Assembly: GCA_963733375.1 (NCBI GenBank)
Contig: CAVTDB010000001.1
Span: forward strand, 1 to 64,000
DNA: 64,000 bases
Direction of reading: 5' to 3'
Source of the DNA: Nitrospirota bacterium
GTDB lineage: Bacteria > Nitrospirota > JACRHJ01
The notes below the pieces were generated by a model that was given only the letters and a program-made list of their open reading frames with translations, was not told the DNA's origin and made no database searches. Below, one piece after another: positions 1-10,228 of this stretch; the first letter of the stretch is position 1; each line of letters starts with the position of its first letter. The position numbers were made by a program, and so were the translations under genes.

Positions 1-279
1 CACAAGGAGCTCCTGCAGTTCGTGCAGCAGTGCCTGGACGGGACGATCACCCTCACCCCGGAGGACCTGGCGACGGCCTCCGACCTCATTGAGGCACATG
101 TTAAGTTCGAGCGCGACGCCATATCCATGGCGGAGAAGTGCTTTGCGGACAGCAGGCACTTCGTCATCAACCAGGTGCTCAAGTATATCCTGGAGGACGA
201 GCGCAAGCATTTCTCGATGGTGACCGATATGAACTCAATAAATCGCACATCTACCCTTACGCTTAAGGGCCTGTGCTAA
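1..279 (+). CDS. Ferritin/rubrerythrin-like four-helix-bundle protein (5'-truncated by window edge)
   Basis: ORF 22..279 is open to the window start; helical HVKFERDAI and ILEDERKH (ExxH) motifs. Confidence 0.55.
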   Translation, partial: HKELLQFVQQCLDGTITLTPEDLATASDLIEAHVKFERDAISMAEKCFADSRHFVINQVLKYILEDERKHFSMVTDMNSINRTSTLTLKGLC

Positions 280-288
280 TTTTTTTAA

Positions 289-317
289 TTGACAAAAAGT
301 CCCGGATACATTATAAA
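289..317 (+). promoter_or_regulatory. Sigma70-type promoter
   Basis: TTGACA (289-294), 17 bp spacer, TATAAA (312-317), upstream of GGAGGG RBS and ATG at 364. Confidence 0.65.
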
Positions 318-363
318 ATAAGCGGCTCAAGTGAAAGGGCCGCTTTTTTATTTCGGAGGGAAA

Positions 364-610
364 ATGGCAAAGAGCGAAAAGAAGAGGTAGACAGAAAAGA
401 CAGAGGTCCCGGCGGAGGAAAAGAAGGGGCTGAAGGCGAAACTTAAAGGGCTTAAGGGCGAGCGGGACGCGGCCCTGGGCGAGAAGGACAAAAAGAAGTA
501 AAGCTCGCGCGGAAGAGAGGAAGAAGGTGAACCTGAAGTTAAAGCGCGTGAAGGCAAAGGCGGAGCCGCCGAAGGCTGAAGAGCCGAAGAGCGAAGAGGC
601 GGCGGGGTAA
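364..610 (+). CDS. Small Lys/Glu-rich coiled-coil hypothetical protein (apparent indel errors)
   Basis: RBS GGAGGG + ATG 364; joining frames gives MAKSEKK..KGLKAKLKGLKGERDAALGEKDKKK..KLKRVKAKAEPPKAEEPKSEEAAG*. Confidence 0.5.
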
Positions 611-693
611 TAAGTTACCCACCCCTGCGGCCAGGTTTTCACCGCTTCCCCTCCCCGGGGATGGCGAGGATTACAGGGGTGGAAACAGTAAAT

Positions 694-769
694 GGGCGGG
701 TAGCTGAGCTGGGAGAGCAACGGCCTTACAAGCCGTAGGTCGTGGGTTCAATTCCCTCCCCGCCTACCA
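694..769 (+). tRNA. tRNA-Val(TAC)
   Basis: Acceptor GGGCGGG/CCCGCCT, anticodon arm ACGGC-CT-TAC-AA-GCCGT, TTCAA T-loop, encoded CCA; one mismatch each in D and T stems. Confidence 0.93.
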
Positions 770-780
770 TAAAAAACAAT

Positions 781-811
781 GGGTTACGGTATTTCCCGTA
801 ACCCCGTTTTT
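781..811 (+). terminator. Intrinsic terminator after tRNA-Val
   Basis: GGGTTACGG..CCGTAACCC hairpin followed by T-run. Confidence 0.65.
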
Positions 812-1179
812 ATTCAGCTAACATTTTCGTTAATATTCTTCTTTCAAATAGTTCCGCAATCGCCTGATTTTTGCTCAAGCATCTCAAACGGCTTTTAGCA
901 GTGAGAGGGCGCAAGGTGGGCATACCGCAGGGTCATGGTAAGCGTCTTGTGGATTCAAATGGTTCTTACTCGGGTGGTTCTTACTCAAATTTAGCATTGC
1001 CATGATGTTAGCTCATATAGTAACTACGCACTCGGACTTTATCAAATCATCAAAATAACCGATATTATATAAGAATTCCAATTTGACAAAAATGACTATT
1101 TCTGATATTTTATTATCGGGAGAACGTACATTATAAACAACAAATTCGGTGAAAGACTTGCCGTTGCGAGATTTTAAAG

Positions 1180-2538
1180 GTGCAAAAAGGAGAATCACTA
1201 AAACAAAAGGAAGAGAAGATGGGCAGGTATAGTCTTCTTAGCCCTGACAAAGGTAGGTCTTTTGGCCATTGCAGGATTAGCCATAGACGGAGGGATCGCC
1301 TACGGGGTAAAGGCGAAGCTGAGTAGCGCCATGGACGCGGCCGCCCTGGCGGCCGCCAACGCGACTGGCGACAACTCAGGCGGCTACGAAGCCGCAATAG
1401 CCGCTGGCACGGCGCGTTTTAACGCCAATTACCCTGAGGAACCTCTCTTCCACCCCCTCCACTCAGACAATAAACGTGAGCCCGACACCCCAAAGCCGGG
1501 CAGATACAGGTCACTGTAACCGCAAGCGCGACGGCGCCAACATATTTGATGCAGGTCTTAGGTCTAAAAAAGGTGAACGCGATTGCACGGCGAAACAGTC
1601 AAGAGGGACCTTGACATGGTCCTGGTGATCGACAACACGGGCTCGCTGGCCCCTGTCGGTACTTCGGTTAAGAGTGCGGCTATACCCTTCATCGAAAAAT
1701 TCAATCCGTCCACGGACAGGATAGGCCTGATAAAATTCGCCGAGGGCGCCGTTATCACGGACCTGATAAAGACCTCGGGCAGGGGGTTTGATAGGTTGTC
1801 GCTTGATAACCACATTAATTCCATGAGCTTCAACGGCAGCACCAACTACTCCGAGGCCTTCTATCAGGCCAGGGCACAGCTCGACAACATACCCGTGCGG
1901 AGCAGCTACAGGGTCATAGTGTTCTTCTCCGACGGCTCGCCAAACTCCTTCACGTCCACCTTCACATGGGGATCTGCACCGACAAAAGGGGTTATTTGTT
2001 CCGCCGATGACAAACCCGGAGACCCTTTTGGCCTTTATAGTCAGGCGTTCTTGATTCTTCGCTACCGGGGCACTACGACAAGAACCACGTTTACCCCTAT
2101 GTAACGAACCTGCCTGATTATTTCAACCTGGGCGCAGGTATCGGCGACAGCCTGTACCACGTGGCCAACCCGCCGTCGGGGACGGGCATGGCCGCGAAAC
2201 CCGTTAACACAACAAATTACGTGGGCGACTCGCCGAATCGTGGCTTTGAAGACTTGAACGATGCGGCAAGGAACCTCCCGGAAGAGATGGCGAACAAAGC
2301 AAGGGCTTCGGGCATATACGTCTACACGCTCGGCCTCGGTTCCGAACTTACCACGGCGAAGAGCTGGGGGAACCACGAAAAAGGCGACGCCGTCCTTAAG
2401 AACATGGCCAACGACCCATCGGCGCCCAACCATGGCACGGACCAACCGGCCGGGCTTTATGCCTATGCGGCGGATAGCACGGAACTCCAGCAGGCCTTTG
2501 ACTTGATAGCAAGCGAGCTGCTGAGGCTGACGCAGTGA
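1180..2538 (+). CDS. TadG-like pilus-associated protein with vWA domain (several frameshifts; start uncertain)
   Basis: EDGQVIVFLAL..GLAIDGGIAYGVKAKLSSAMDAAALAAA Tad N-terminus; vWA motifs LVIDNTGS, GSTNYSEA, VFFSDGSPN, IYVYTLGLG across ORFs 1262-1519, 1583-2104, 2161-2538. Confidence 0.75.
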
Positions 2539-2553
2539 ACTATAAAGATATGA

Positions 2554-2763
2554 TTATATCATCTTGTGTCCAAGATGCCACTGCTTGCAGAAATCACATT
2601 TGTACGGCTGAACCTCGTCCATTTCTTCTCCGTACTCTTGCTGGGTATTTATCATGGCCACGGCTTCCGACTCAAACCTGTACCTCTTTTTACCGGCGCA
2701 GGATTTAGCTCTATATAGCGGGTCTGGAGGTTTACCTCGTTGTTTTTTCTTTATCATACCCAC
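2554..2763 (-). CDS. Small basic putative zinc-binding protein (C..YxCxxCxxWH)
   Basis: 69 aa ORF with CAGKKRY...PYKCDFCKQWHL. Confidence 0.55.
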   Translation of the reverse strand: MGMIKKKQRGKPPDPLYRAKSCAGKKRYRFESEAVAMINTQQEYGEEMDEVQPYKCDFCKQWHLGHKMI

Positions 2764-2810
2764 CTGTTTTTAGTCACACGACTACTCGGCTGACGCCGGA
2801 GCGTTTGCGT

Positions 2811-3476
2811 CTAAATCCCTTTGAACGTGACCGCTTCCCGGACGGACCTCCTGGGGCTTCGAAACTTGTTCTGAGGGTCTTCGGCGTCTCCATACCCAAG
2901 CGCTATCCCGATTATTATTAAAAGATCGTCCGGAATATCCAGTTCCTTGCGGATAAGGTCGGGATGGGCTGCAAGGGTTACGGCCGGGGCGGAATCGAGG
3001 CCGAAGTGACGCGCCGCCAGCATGAGGCTTTGGGAGAAAAGGCCAAGGTCGAAAAGCGACCAGGAAGTAAGCGTGCGGTCCATGCAGATATATGCGACCA
3101 CCGGTGCATGAAAGAAATGATAATTCACTTCAGATAAGTCCTTCATTTCAGTCTTGTCCAGACAGACCCGTTCAAGGGCCGCCAAACGCTCGGACCGCAG
3201 GACTTCCATCCGTTTCTGGAGCGCCGGCGGCCACTCGGTCGGCGCGGCGAGGTCGAGATTACGCGCCACGCAGTTTTTCAGGCTTGCAATATAGGCGTCG
3301 CGCAGTCTGTTCAAGACCTCGCCGCCGGCCAGGTAGACTTCCCACGGCTGCGTATTGGCCCAGGAAGGAGCCCTGAGCGCCGCCTCCATGACTTTTTCGA
3401 GCGTGTTGCGGTCAACGGGGTCAGGCTTGAAAGCGCGGGCCGTAAACCGTGAGTTTAAAGCATCGATGATATCCAT
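2811..3476 (-). CDS. Nitroreductase family protein
   Basis: SRFTARAF, APSWANTQPW, SLMLAARHFGL, IALGY motifs. Confidence 0.9.
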   Translation of the reverse strand: MDIIDALNSRFTARAFKPDPVDRNTLEKVMEAALRAPSWANTQPWEVYLAGGEVLNRLRDAYIASLKNCVARNLDLAAPTEWPPALQKRMEVLRSERLAALERVCLDKTEMKDLSEVNYHFFHAPVVAYICMDRTLTSWSLFDLGLFSQSLMLAARHFGLDSAPAVTLAAHPDLIRKELDIPDDLLIIIGIALGYGDAEDPQNKFRSPRRSVREAVTFKGI

Positions 3477-3591
3477 GAAATAGCCCCCCTAATGTCCAAT
3501 GCTGTCCATTATTCATTTTACCCGAGAGTTACCAGGCATGCAACAATGACCCGCTTTTATCCGGCCAGGCATTTAGAGGACTAAAAGCAGG

Positions 3592-3640
3592 CAACAAATC
3601 AAAAAGCCCCTGAAGGAATCAGGGGCTTTTTGATTTGTTG
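3592..3640. terminator. Long perfect hairpin / terminator after tRNA-Asp
   Basis: CAACAAATCAAAAAGCCCCTGA-loop-TCAGGGGCTTTTTGATTTGTTG. Confidence 0.8.
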
Positions 3641-3715
3641 GCGGGGACGACGAGGCTCGAACTCGCGACCTCCTACGTGACAGGCAGGCGCTCTAACCAA
3701 CTGAGCTACGTCCCC
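3639..3715 (-). tRNA. tRNA-Asp(GTC)
   Basis: Reverse complement GGGGACGTAGCTCAGTTGGTTAGAGCGCCTGCCT-GTC-ACGTAGGAGGTCGCGAGTTCGAGCCTCGTCGTCCCCGCCA, canonical 77 nt cloverleaf. Confidence 0.97.
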
Positions 3716-3753
3716 CAACTTGGAATTTATATCAAAATCCGAAAAGCTCGAAA

Positions 3754-3782
3754 TTTATACTATATTTAGGGGTTTTAGTCAA
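3754..3782 (-). promoter_or_regulatory. Sigma70-type promoter of tRNA-Asp
   Basis: Minus strand TTGACT, 17 bp spacer, TATAAA. Confidence 0.65.
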
Positions 3783-3790
3783 GACCTTTT

Positions 3791-4426
3791 CTAAGGTATT
3801 CTCCAGTATGCGTGCAATATCCCGCTTGCCTGGAGCCTCTCGATAACATACGCCAGCGGAATAAAAAGCAAAAACATAGTTCCATCAAGGAGCGTCTTGG
3901 CCATGAGCTTCGGCTGGGCCTTTGCCTTCTCTCCCGCATGGAAACCGAACAGGTTTGGCAGAAAGGCCGGCACTTTTTCTTTATATGCGGTAAACGCGCT
4001 CCCGAAAAGCAGTTCCAGACGCTTCTCCTCCGATTTGATAACCAGCGGGTAATAAAACGAAAAAACCGCGAGGTAAAGGATTATTACCGCCAGGTTCTCC
4101 AAGACAATGGACGCGCCCAGGCCCCCCAGGAAAGAGAAAAAATAAAGTGGGTTCCTGCACATGGAATACGGCCCGTCCTGGACTAACTGGCTGTTTTTGC
4201 GGCCCCCTATGTACATGGTGGACCACGCCCGCCCCCCAAGGCCTGCAAATATCAGCGCTATTCCGCTATAATCGAATGCCCGGTCAATCGTCCCGCCCTC
4301 CGGCCAGCTGTGCCGGATAAAAAGTATCAGCGGAAGCCCGACCAGCAGGAACCCGCCCGTGATTAAACGTCTGTTTCGCTCGAAAAAATTAAACGTCTTC
4401 TTTACCGCGTCCCGCTCATATCTCAT
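3791..4426 (-). CDS. Isoprenylcysteine carboxylmethyltransferase (ICMT/PEMT)-family membrane methyltransferase
   Basis: LVQDGPYSMCRNPLY and EEKRLELLFG..Y..KVP motifs; ATG 4426 overlaps tldD stop (ATGA). Confidence 0.8.
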   Translation of the reverse strand: MRYERDAVKKTFNFFERNRRLITGGFLLVGLPLILFIRHSWPEGGTIDRAFDYSGIALIFAGLGGRAWSTMYIGGRKNSQLVQDGPYSMCRNPLYFFSFLGGLGASIVLENLAVIILYLAVFSFYYPLVIKSEEKRLELLFGSAFTAYKEKVPAFLPNLFGFHAGEKAKAQPKLMAKTLLDGTMFLLFIPLAYVIERLQASGILHAYWRIP

Positions 4427-5812
4427 CCGTGCGTACCGCCTACAATTATATCCGTTATCAAAAGCGTCGGCTGGGCGTCCGCGACCGGCGCGCCCTGCCC
4501 GTCCTTGCCGCATGTCCCGATGGCAAATCCCAGGTCGTTTCCGACCATCGTAATGCTGGAGAGCACCTGCGGCCCGTTCCCGACGAGAGTTGCGCCGCGT
4601 ACCGGCTCACCCATCTTGCCCTTCTCTATCAGGTAGCCTTCGCTGACTTCAAATACGAAATCCCCGTTCACCGTGTTGACCTGGCCGCCGCCCATCTTCT
4701 TCACCAGCAGGCCGCTATCGCACGAGCGCAGTATGTCTGCGGGTTCGCTTTCGCCCGGCACGATCATAGTGTTTGTCATGCGCGGAATGGGCCGCGCCAT
4801 GTAGGATTCGCGCCTGCCGTTTCCGGTGGAGGAGGCTCCGTCTTTCATCGCCGTAAGCCTGTCGTACAAGAAGCCTTTCAGGACCCCGTTCTCTACCAGC
4901 ACGGTCCTCTGCGCCTCCACTCCCTCGTCGTCGAACCGGAATGAGCCGCGCCTGTTCGGAAGGGTCGCGTCGTCCACTACCGTTACGAGCGGCGAGCCCA
5001 CCTGCTGGCCTACCTTTCCCGTATAAACGGATAATCCGTTCTGCGAGAGGTCCGCCTCCAGGCCGTGCCCGACCGCCTCGTGCACCATCGTCCCGCCAGC
5101 CTCGGATGACAGCACCACCGGCATCCTGCCTCCGGGCGCGGGACGCGCTGCAGAGCATCAGAACCGCCCGCTTAGCCGCCTTCTCCCCAATCGAAACGGC
5201 AGGGAAATCCTTGAACAGCTCAAAACCGATATTCCCGCCGGCGGACTCGAATCCGGTCTGGACGGTGCCGCCATCCTTCGCAATCGCATTCACTGCCGCC
5301 ACCAGATAATATCTCTCATCATGGGCGAGCGTCCCGTCGGAGCAGGCGATAGTCACCTTCTGCAAGGTATCCCGGTACTGCACGGCGACCTGCGCGACCC
5401 TTTGGTCCACCGCCCGCGCCGCCCTGTCCGCCTCCTTAACGAGCGCAAGTTTGCGCTCCACGGCGACGCCTTCCGGCGGATCGATTATCTTATGCACCAC
5501 CGGCGGCCGCTTCTCCCGGAGGTCCAGGACGATGTCTTTGCCCCCATTGCCGCCGCACGCGCGCGCTATCTCGGCCGCAAGCGCCAATAGCGCCTTCTCC
5601 GTCATGTCGTTCGTATAGGCGTAGATCGTCCTGAAGCCCGTAATGACACGCAGCCCCGCGCCGGACTCGACGCCGGAGATGACCTTTTCCACCTTCCCGT
5701 CTTCGAGCGCAATCGCCGTGGGGACTGTATGCTCGACGTACAGGTCGGCATACTCGCCTCCTCTGGAGAGGGCGGCTTTTAATATTTTTGAATAGTCCAA
5801 TTCGTTTGCCAT
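4423..5812 (-). CDS. tldD: TldD metalloprotease (one frameshift)
   Basis: GGEYADLYVE N-terminus, HEAVGHGLEAD, GNGRRESY..PIPRMTNT, GTCGKDGQ. Confidence 0.9.
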
Positions 5813-5813
5813 G

Positions 5814-5841
5814 AAAAAAGGGGGATAAAATTTATCCCCCC
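5814..5841 (-). terminator. Hairpin + U-tract downstream of asd, abutting the tldD start
   Basis: Minus strand GGGGGATAAA-TTTATCCCCC-TTTTTT. Confidence 0.55.
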
Positions 5842-5854
5842 AATTCTAACATAA

Positions 5855-5990
5855 AACCGTACTTTTCTTTTGGAAAAAAGAAAAGTACCAAAAGAAAACC
5901 GTAACTGGCTTTTCTTTGGTTACTTTCTTTTCACCCGGATGATTTATCTGTCCAGAGCGATAGCGAAGACAGAAAAGAAAGTAACGGTTT
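5855..5990. repeat. Paired palindromic intergenic repeat (TACTTTCTTT..AAAGAAAGTA family), locus 1
   Basis: Two inverted units: AACCGTACTTTTCTTTT-loop-AAAGAAAAGTACCAAAAGAAAA and its near reverse complement. Confidence 0.75.
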
Positions 5991-7003
5991 ATTTTATCAG
6001 CTCTTCCGCTATCTGCACCGCGTTAAGCGCCGCGCCCTTCCTCAGGTTGTCCGAAACGACCCAGATGTTCAGGCCGTTGTCTATCGACTCGTCCTCGCGG
6101 ATGCGGCCCACGTACGTCGCGTCATGCCCCATGGCGTCGAGCGCGAGCGGGTAGATGTTCCTGGACGGGTCATCCATCACTATCACGCCTGGAGCGGTGG
6201 AGAGGATCGCCCTCGCCTCGTTCGCCGTGAGCTTCTTCTCCGTCTCGATGTTCACCGATTCCGAGTGGCTCCTGAAGACCGGGACGCGTACGGCAGTCGC
6301 GGTTACTTTGATATTGGGGTCGAGCATTTTATGCGTTTCGTTGACCATCTTCATCTCTTCCTTGGTATAGCCGTTCTCCAGGAAGGAATCGATGTGCGGA
6401 AGGCAGTTGAACGCTATCTGGTGCGGATAGACCTTCTTCTGGACCGGCTTGAAGTTCACCAGCGCGACGGTCTGCTCCATCAGCTCGTCCATCGCCTTCT
6501 TGCCGGTGCCGGAGACGGACTGGAAGGTGGTGACGACGATCCGCTTTATCTTCGCCGCGTCGTGCAGGGGTTTCAGCGCGACGACCATCTGTATGGTGGA
6601 GCAGTTCGGGTTGGCTATGATGCCTTTCGGGATGGATTTCAAGTGGTGCGGGTTCACCTCCGGCACCACGAGGGGCACGTCCGGGTCCATCCTCCACGCG
6701 CTTGAATTGTCTATCACGATGCAATTATCCGCGGCGGCGATCGGAGCGAACTCCAGGCTCCTCGAAGCCCCGGCGGAGAATAACGCGATGTCCACGCCTT
6801 TGAAGGAGTTTTTATCCAGCTTGTGGACGGTCAGCGTCTTTGCCTTTGAATTCGACCTTTTTCCCCTCGGACTTCTCCGAAGCGTAAAGCTTCAACTCCG
6901 CTACGGGGAAATTTCTCTCCTCCAGAGTGGCAAGCATCTCGACGCCGACCGCGCCGGTCGCGCCGACTACGGCAACGACATATTTTTCCTTCTTCTTAAG
7001 CAT
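5989..7003 (-). CDS. asd: Aspartate-semialdehyde dehydrogenase (one frameshift)
   Basis: VAVVGATGAVG, IDNSSAWRM, ANPNCST, SDNLRKGAALNAVQIAE. Confidence 0.95.
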
Positions 7004-7026
7004 CTTCCTTAAACCCCTTTTTAAGT

Positions 7027-7126
7027 TCCCACTTTCTTTTGGAAAAAAGAAAGCGGCCAAAGAAAACCGGGTTTAAGTCCGGCTTTCTTTTGGTCCTTTT
7101 CTTTCACCTGAAAGAAAAGTACGGTT
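7027..7126. repeat. Paired palindromic intergenic repeat, locus 2
   Basis: CACTTTCTTTTGGAAAAAAGAAAG..CCAAAGAAAA plus inverted copy ending AAAGAAAAGTACGGTT. Confidence 0.7.
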
Positions 7127-8189
7127 TTAAGCTTCTTTAACGAACTTCGCCACCATACTGCCGACTTCGCTCGTGCCCATGCCCATCTTGCCCGCGGCAA
7201 GGCTGTCCATCTTCGAGATGGCCTTTATAACCGACTTCTCTATCCAGCCCGCCGCCTTCGTCTCGCCCAGGTGGTCGAGCATCATCTGACCGGCGCATAT
7301 GGCCGCAAGCGGGTTGATGATGTTCAGACCCGTATACTTCGGCGCGGAGCCGCCGATCGGCTCGAACATCGAGACGCCTTTCGGGTTGATGTTGCCGCCC
7401 GCGGCGATGCCCATGCCGCCCTGCGTCATCGCGCCTAGGTCGGTGATGATGTCGCCGAACATGTTGTCCGTGACGATAACGTCGAACCATTCCGGGTTCT
7501 TCACCATCCACATCGTCGTCGCGTCCACGTGCGCGTAATCCGCCTTTATCTTCGGGTACTCCTTCGCCACTTCATAGAACGCCCGCTCCCACAGGTCGAA
7601 CGCGAACGTCAGCACGTTCGTCTTTCCGCAGAGCGTGAGCTTCTTCCTGCCGTTTTTCTTCGCGTACTCGAACGCATAGCGGATGCAGCGCTCCACGCCC
7701 TTCCGCGTGTTGATGGATTCCTGTATGGCGACCTCGTCCGGCGTGCCTTTCTTCAGCACTCCGCCCGCGCCGGCATAAAGCCCTTCGGTGTTCTCCCGCA
7801 CGACCACGTAAGTCTATTTCTTCCGGCCCCTTGTCCTTGAGCGGGGTCTCGACGCCCGGGAAAAGCTTCACCGGACGGAGGTTGACGTAGAGGTCGAGCG
7901 CGAAGCGGGTCTTGAGCAGGATGCCCTTCTCAAGGATGCCGGGCTTCACGTCCGGGTGGCCGATCGCGCCGAGGAGGATCGCGTCGAACTCTCTCAGCCC
8001 GTCTATTTCCTTGTCGCTGATGGTCTCGCCGGTCTTTTTGTAACGCTCCCCGCCGTAATTGAAGCTTTTGAAACTGAGCGAAAAACCGCCCTTCTTTGCC
8101 GCCGCCTTGACAACCTTTACCGCCTCGGCGACAACCTCCGGCCCCGTCCCGTCGCCGGGCATGAGCGCAATCTTATAGCTCTTTGGCAT
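7127..8189 (-). CDS. leuB: 3-isopropylmalate dehydrogenase (one frameshift)
   Basis: PGDGTGPEV, VRENTEGLY, TDNMFGDIITD, FEPIGGSAP; position in leu operon. Confidence 0.9.
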
Positions 8190-8231
8190 CCTGAAATTTC
8201 TCCCTTCGATTAGGTATCCCCTCACCCTTTA

Positions 8232-8727
8232 TTACGCGACCTTCTTCTTTACCCACTCCATCAGCCCGCCCGCGGCAATCAGTTCCTGCATGAACGGCGG
8301 GACGGGGTTGGCCTGAAGGTCTTTTTTGTCGTGAGGTTGCTTATCATCCCTTTTTCCGCGTCCACCTCGATCTGCGTCGCCTTCCGAGATTCCGTCCACG
8401 GCTTCCGGGCATTCAAATATCGGAAGACCCATGTTGAACGAGTTCCGGTAGAAGATCCGGGCAAAGGTCTTCGCCACGACGCAGGAGACCCCGCCGCCTT
8501 GATCGCTATCGGCGCGTGCTCGCGCGAGGAGCCGCAGCCGAAGTTCTTGTCGGCCACGATGATGTCGCCCTTGCCTCATCTTTTTCATGAAATCCGGCTG
8601 TTTGCGAGTCTTCCATGCAGTGCTTCGCAAGCTCCGTCGGATCCGACGTATTCAGATATCTCGCGGGGATTATGGCGTCCGTGTCGATATCAGCCCCGAA
8701 CTTCCAGGCATTTCCTTTGAATTTCAT
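8232..8727 (-). CDS. leuD: 3-isopropylmalate dehydratase small subunit (frameshifts)
   Basis: [36 protein letters not shown]. Confidence 0.92.
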
Positions 8728-8743
8728 AAATGCCTCCAAATCC

Positions 8744-8841
8744 TCACTTTCTTTCGGAAAAGAGAAGTGGACAAAGAAAACCGTACTTAAATTCTCGCTT
8801 TCTTTGGTTACTTTCTGTTCTCTGTGAAAGGAAAGTAACGT
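8744..8841. repeat. Paired palindromic intergenic repeat, locus 3
   Basis: CACTTTCTTT..AGAGAAGTGGACAAAGAAAA plus inverted TTTCTTTGGTTACTTTC..GAAAGTAAC. Confidence 0.7.
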
Positions 8842-8843
8842 AT

Positions 8844-10109
8844 TTAAAGTTCTTCCGGGCTGCCGATCCGCCCCAGCACCGCCGATGCCGCCGCGATTGC
8901 CGGGTTGGAGAGATATACCTCCGCTCTCGGGTGGCCCATGCGCCCGACGAAGTTCCTGTTCGTCGTTGCGATTGAGCGCTCGCCCTTGGCGAGGATGCCC
9001 ATGTGCCCGCCGAGGCACGGCCCGCAGGTCGGGCGTGCTGAAACCGCCGCCTGCGCGTCGATGAATATGTCGAAAAGTCCTTCTTTCATCGCCTGCTTGT
9101 ATATCGCCTGGGTGGCCGGGATTATGATCATCCGCACGTACGGATGGACCTTGTGGCCTTTAATCACTTTCGCCGCTATCGCGCAGGTCCTCGATCCTGC
9201 CGTTGGTGCAGGAGCCGACGACGGACTGGTCGATCTTTATATGGGACAGCTGGCTTACGCCTTTCGTGTTCTCCGGCAGATGCGGGCAGGCGACCTGCGG
9301 CTCTATCTTGGAGCAGTCGTACTCGCGCACCTCGGCGTATTCGCCTTCTTGTCGCGACTTATAGTACTTGTACTTGCGCTGTCGCCCTGCCGTTCTCGTA
9401 ATTTCTCGGTGATGTCGTCCGGCGCGATGATGCCGTTCTTGCCCCCTGCCTCGATCGCCATATTGCGATGGTGAGCCGTCCCGACATATGCATCCTGTCG
9501 ATCACCTCGCCCGTGAACTCCATCGCTTTATAAAGCGCGCCGTCCACGCCGATGTCGCCGATGGTATGCAGGATGAGGTCTTTCCCGGAGACCCATTTCC
9601 CGAGCTTGCCAAAGTACACGAACTTCATGCTCTCCGGCACCTTGAACCATATCTCGCCCGTTATCATCGCCGCGGCGACATCCGTGCTGCCGACGCCCGT
9701 CGCGAAGGCGCCGAGGCCGCCGTATGTGCAGGTGTGGGAGTCCGCGCCGATCATGACGTCGCCGGGTACCACGATGCCCTGCTCCGGAAGGAGCGCGTGC
9801 TCAATGCCCATCCTGCCGACCTCGAAGTAGTTCGACAGGGCGTGCTCCCTCGCGAACTGCCGGAGGAGCTTGCACTGCTCGGCGGACTGCGATGTCCTTG
9901 TTCGGCGTGAAGTGGTCGGGATGAGCGCGATGCGCGTCTTGATCGAACACCTTCTTCGCCCCCGACTTGCGGAACTCCTTGATCGAGATGGGCGCGGTGA
10001 TGTCGTTCGCCAGGACCAGGTCCAGTTTCGCGTTGATCAGCTCTCCCGGCACGACCTCTTTTTTGCCGCAGTGGGCGGCCAGTATTTTTTCGGTAATTGT
10101 CATCGGCAT
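8844..10109 (-). CDS. leuC: 3-isopropylmalate dehydratase large subunit (frameshifts)
   Basis: [40 protein letters not shown]. Confidence 0.93.
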
Positions 10110-10125
10110 AATAGTCAAACTCCTT

Positions 10126-10228
10126 AAACCGTTACTTTCTTTTGCGAGAAAAGAAAGTAACACAAAGAAAATCAAGTTAAAAAGTTTAAAAGTTTTTGGG
10201 CCGCCTTTTTACCAAAAAGGTGGGAAAG
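10126..10228. repeat. Palindromic intergenic repeat, locus 4, plus CC(A/G)CCTTTTT..AAAAAGGTGG palindrome
   Basis: AACCGTTACTTTCTTTT..AAAAGAAAGTAACACAAAGAAAA followed by CCGCCTTTTTACCAAAAAGGTGG. Confidence 0.7.

Noticed and set aside
612-693. Cobalamin riboswitch-like GGGAA..CGGTGAAA words on the minus strand
   Set aside because: Lacks the downstream ACTGT and B12-box elements, and there is no suitable downstream gene on that strand.
880-990. c-di-GMP-I riboswitch upstream of the Tad gene (GGGCGCAAG) and a TGGTTCTTACTC direct repeat
   Set aside because: P2 GNRA hairpin and P3 elements cannot be built; the short repeat has no supporting context.
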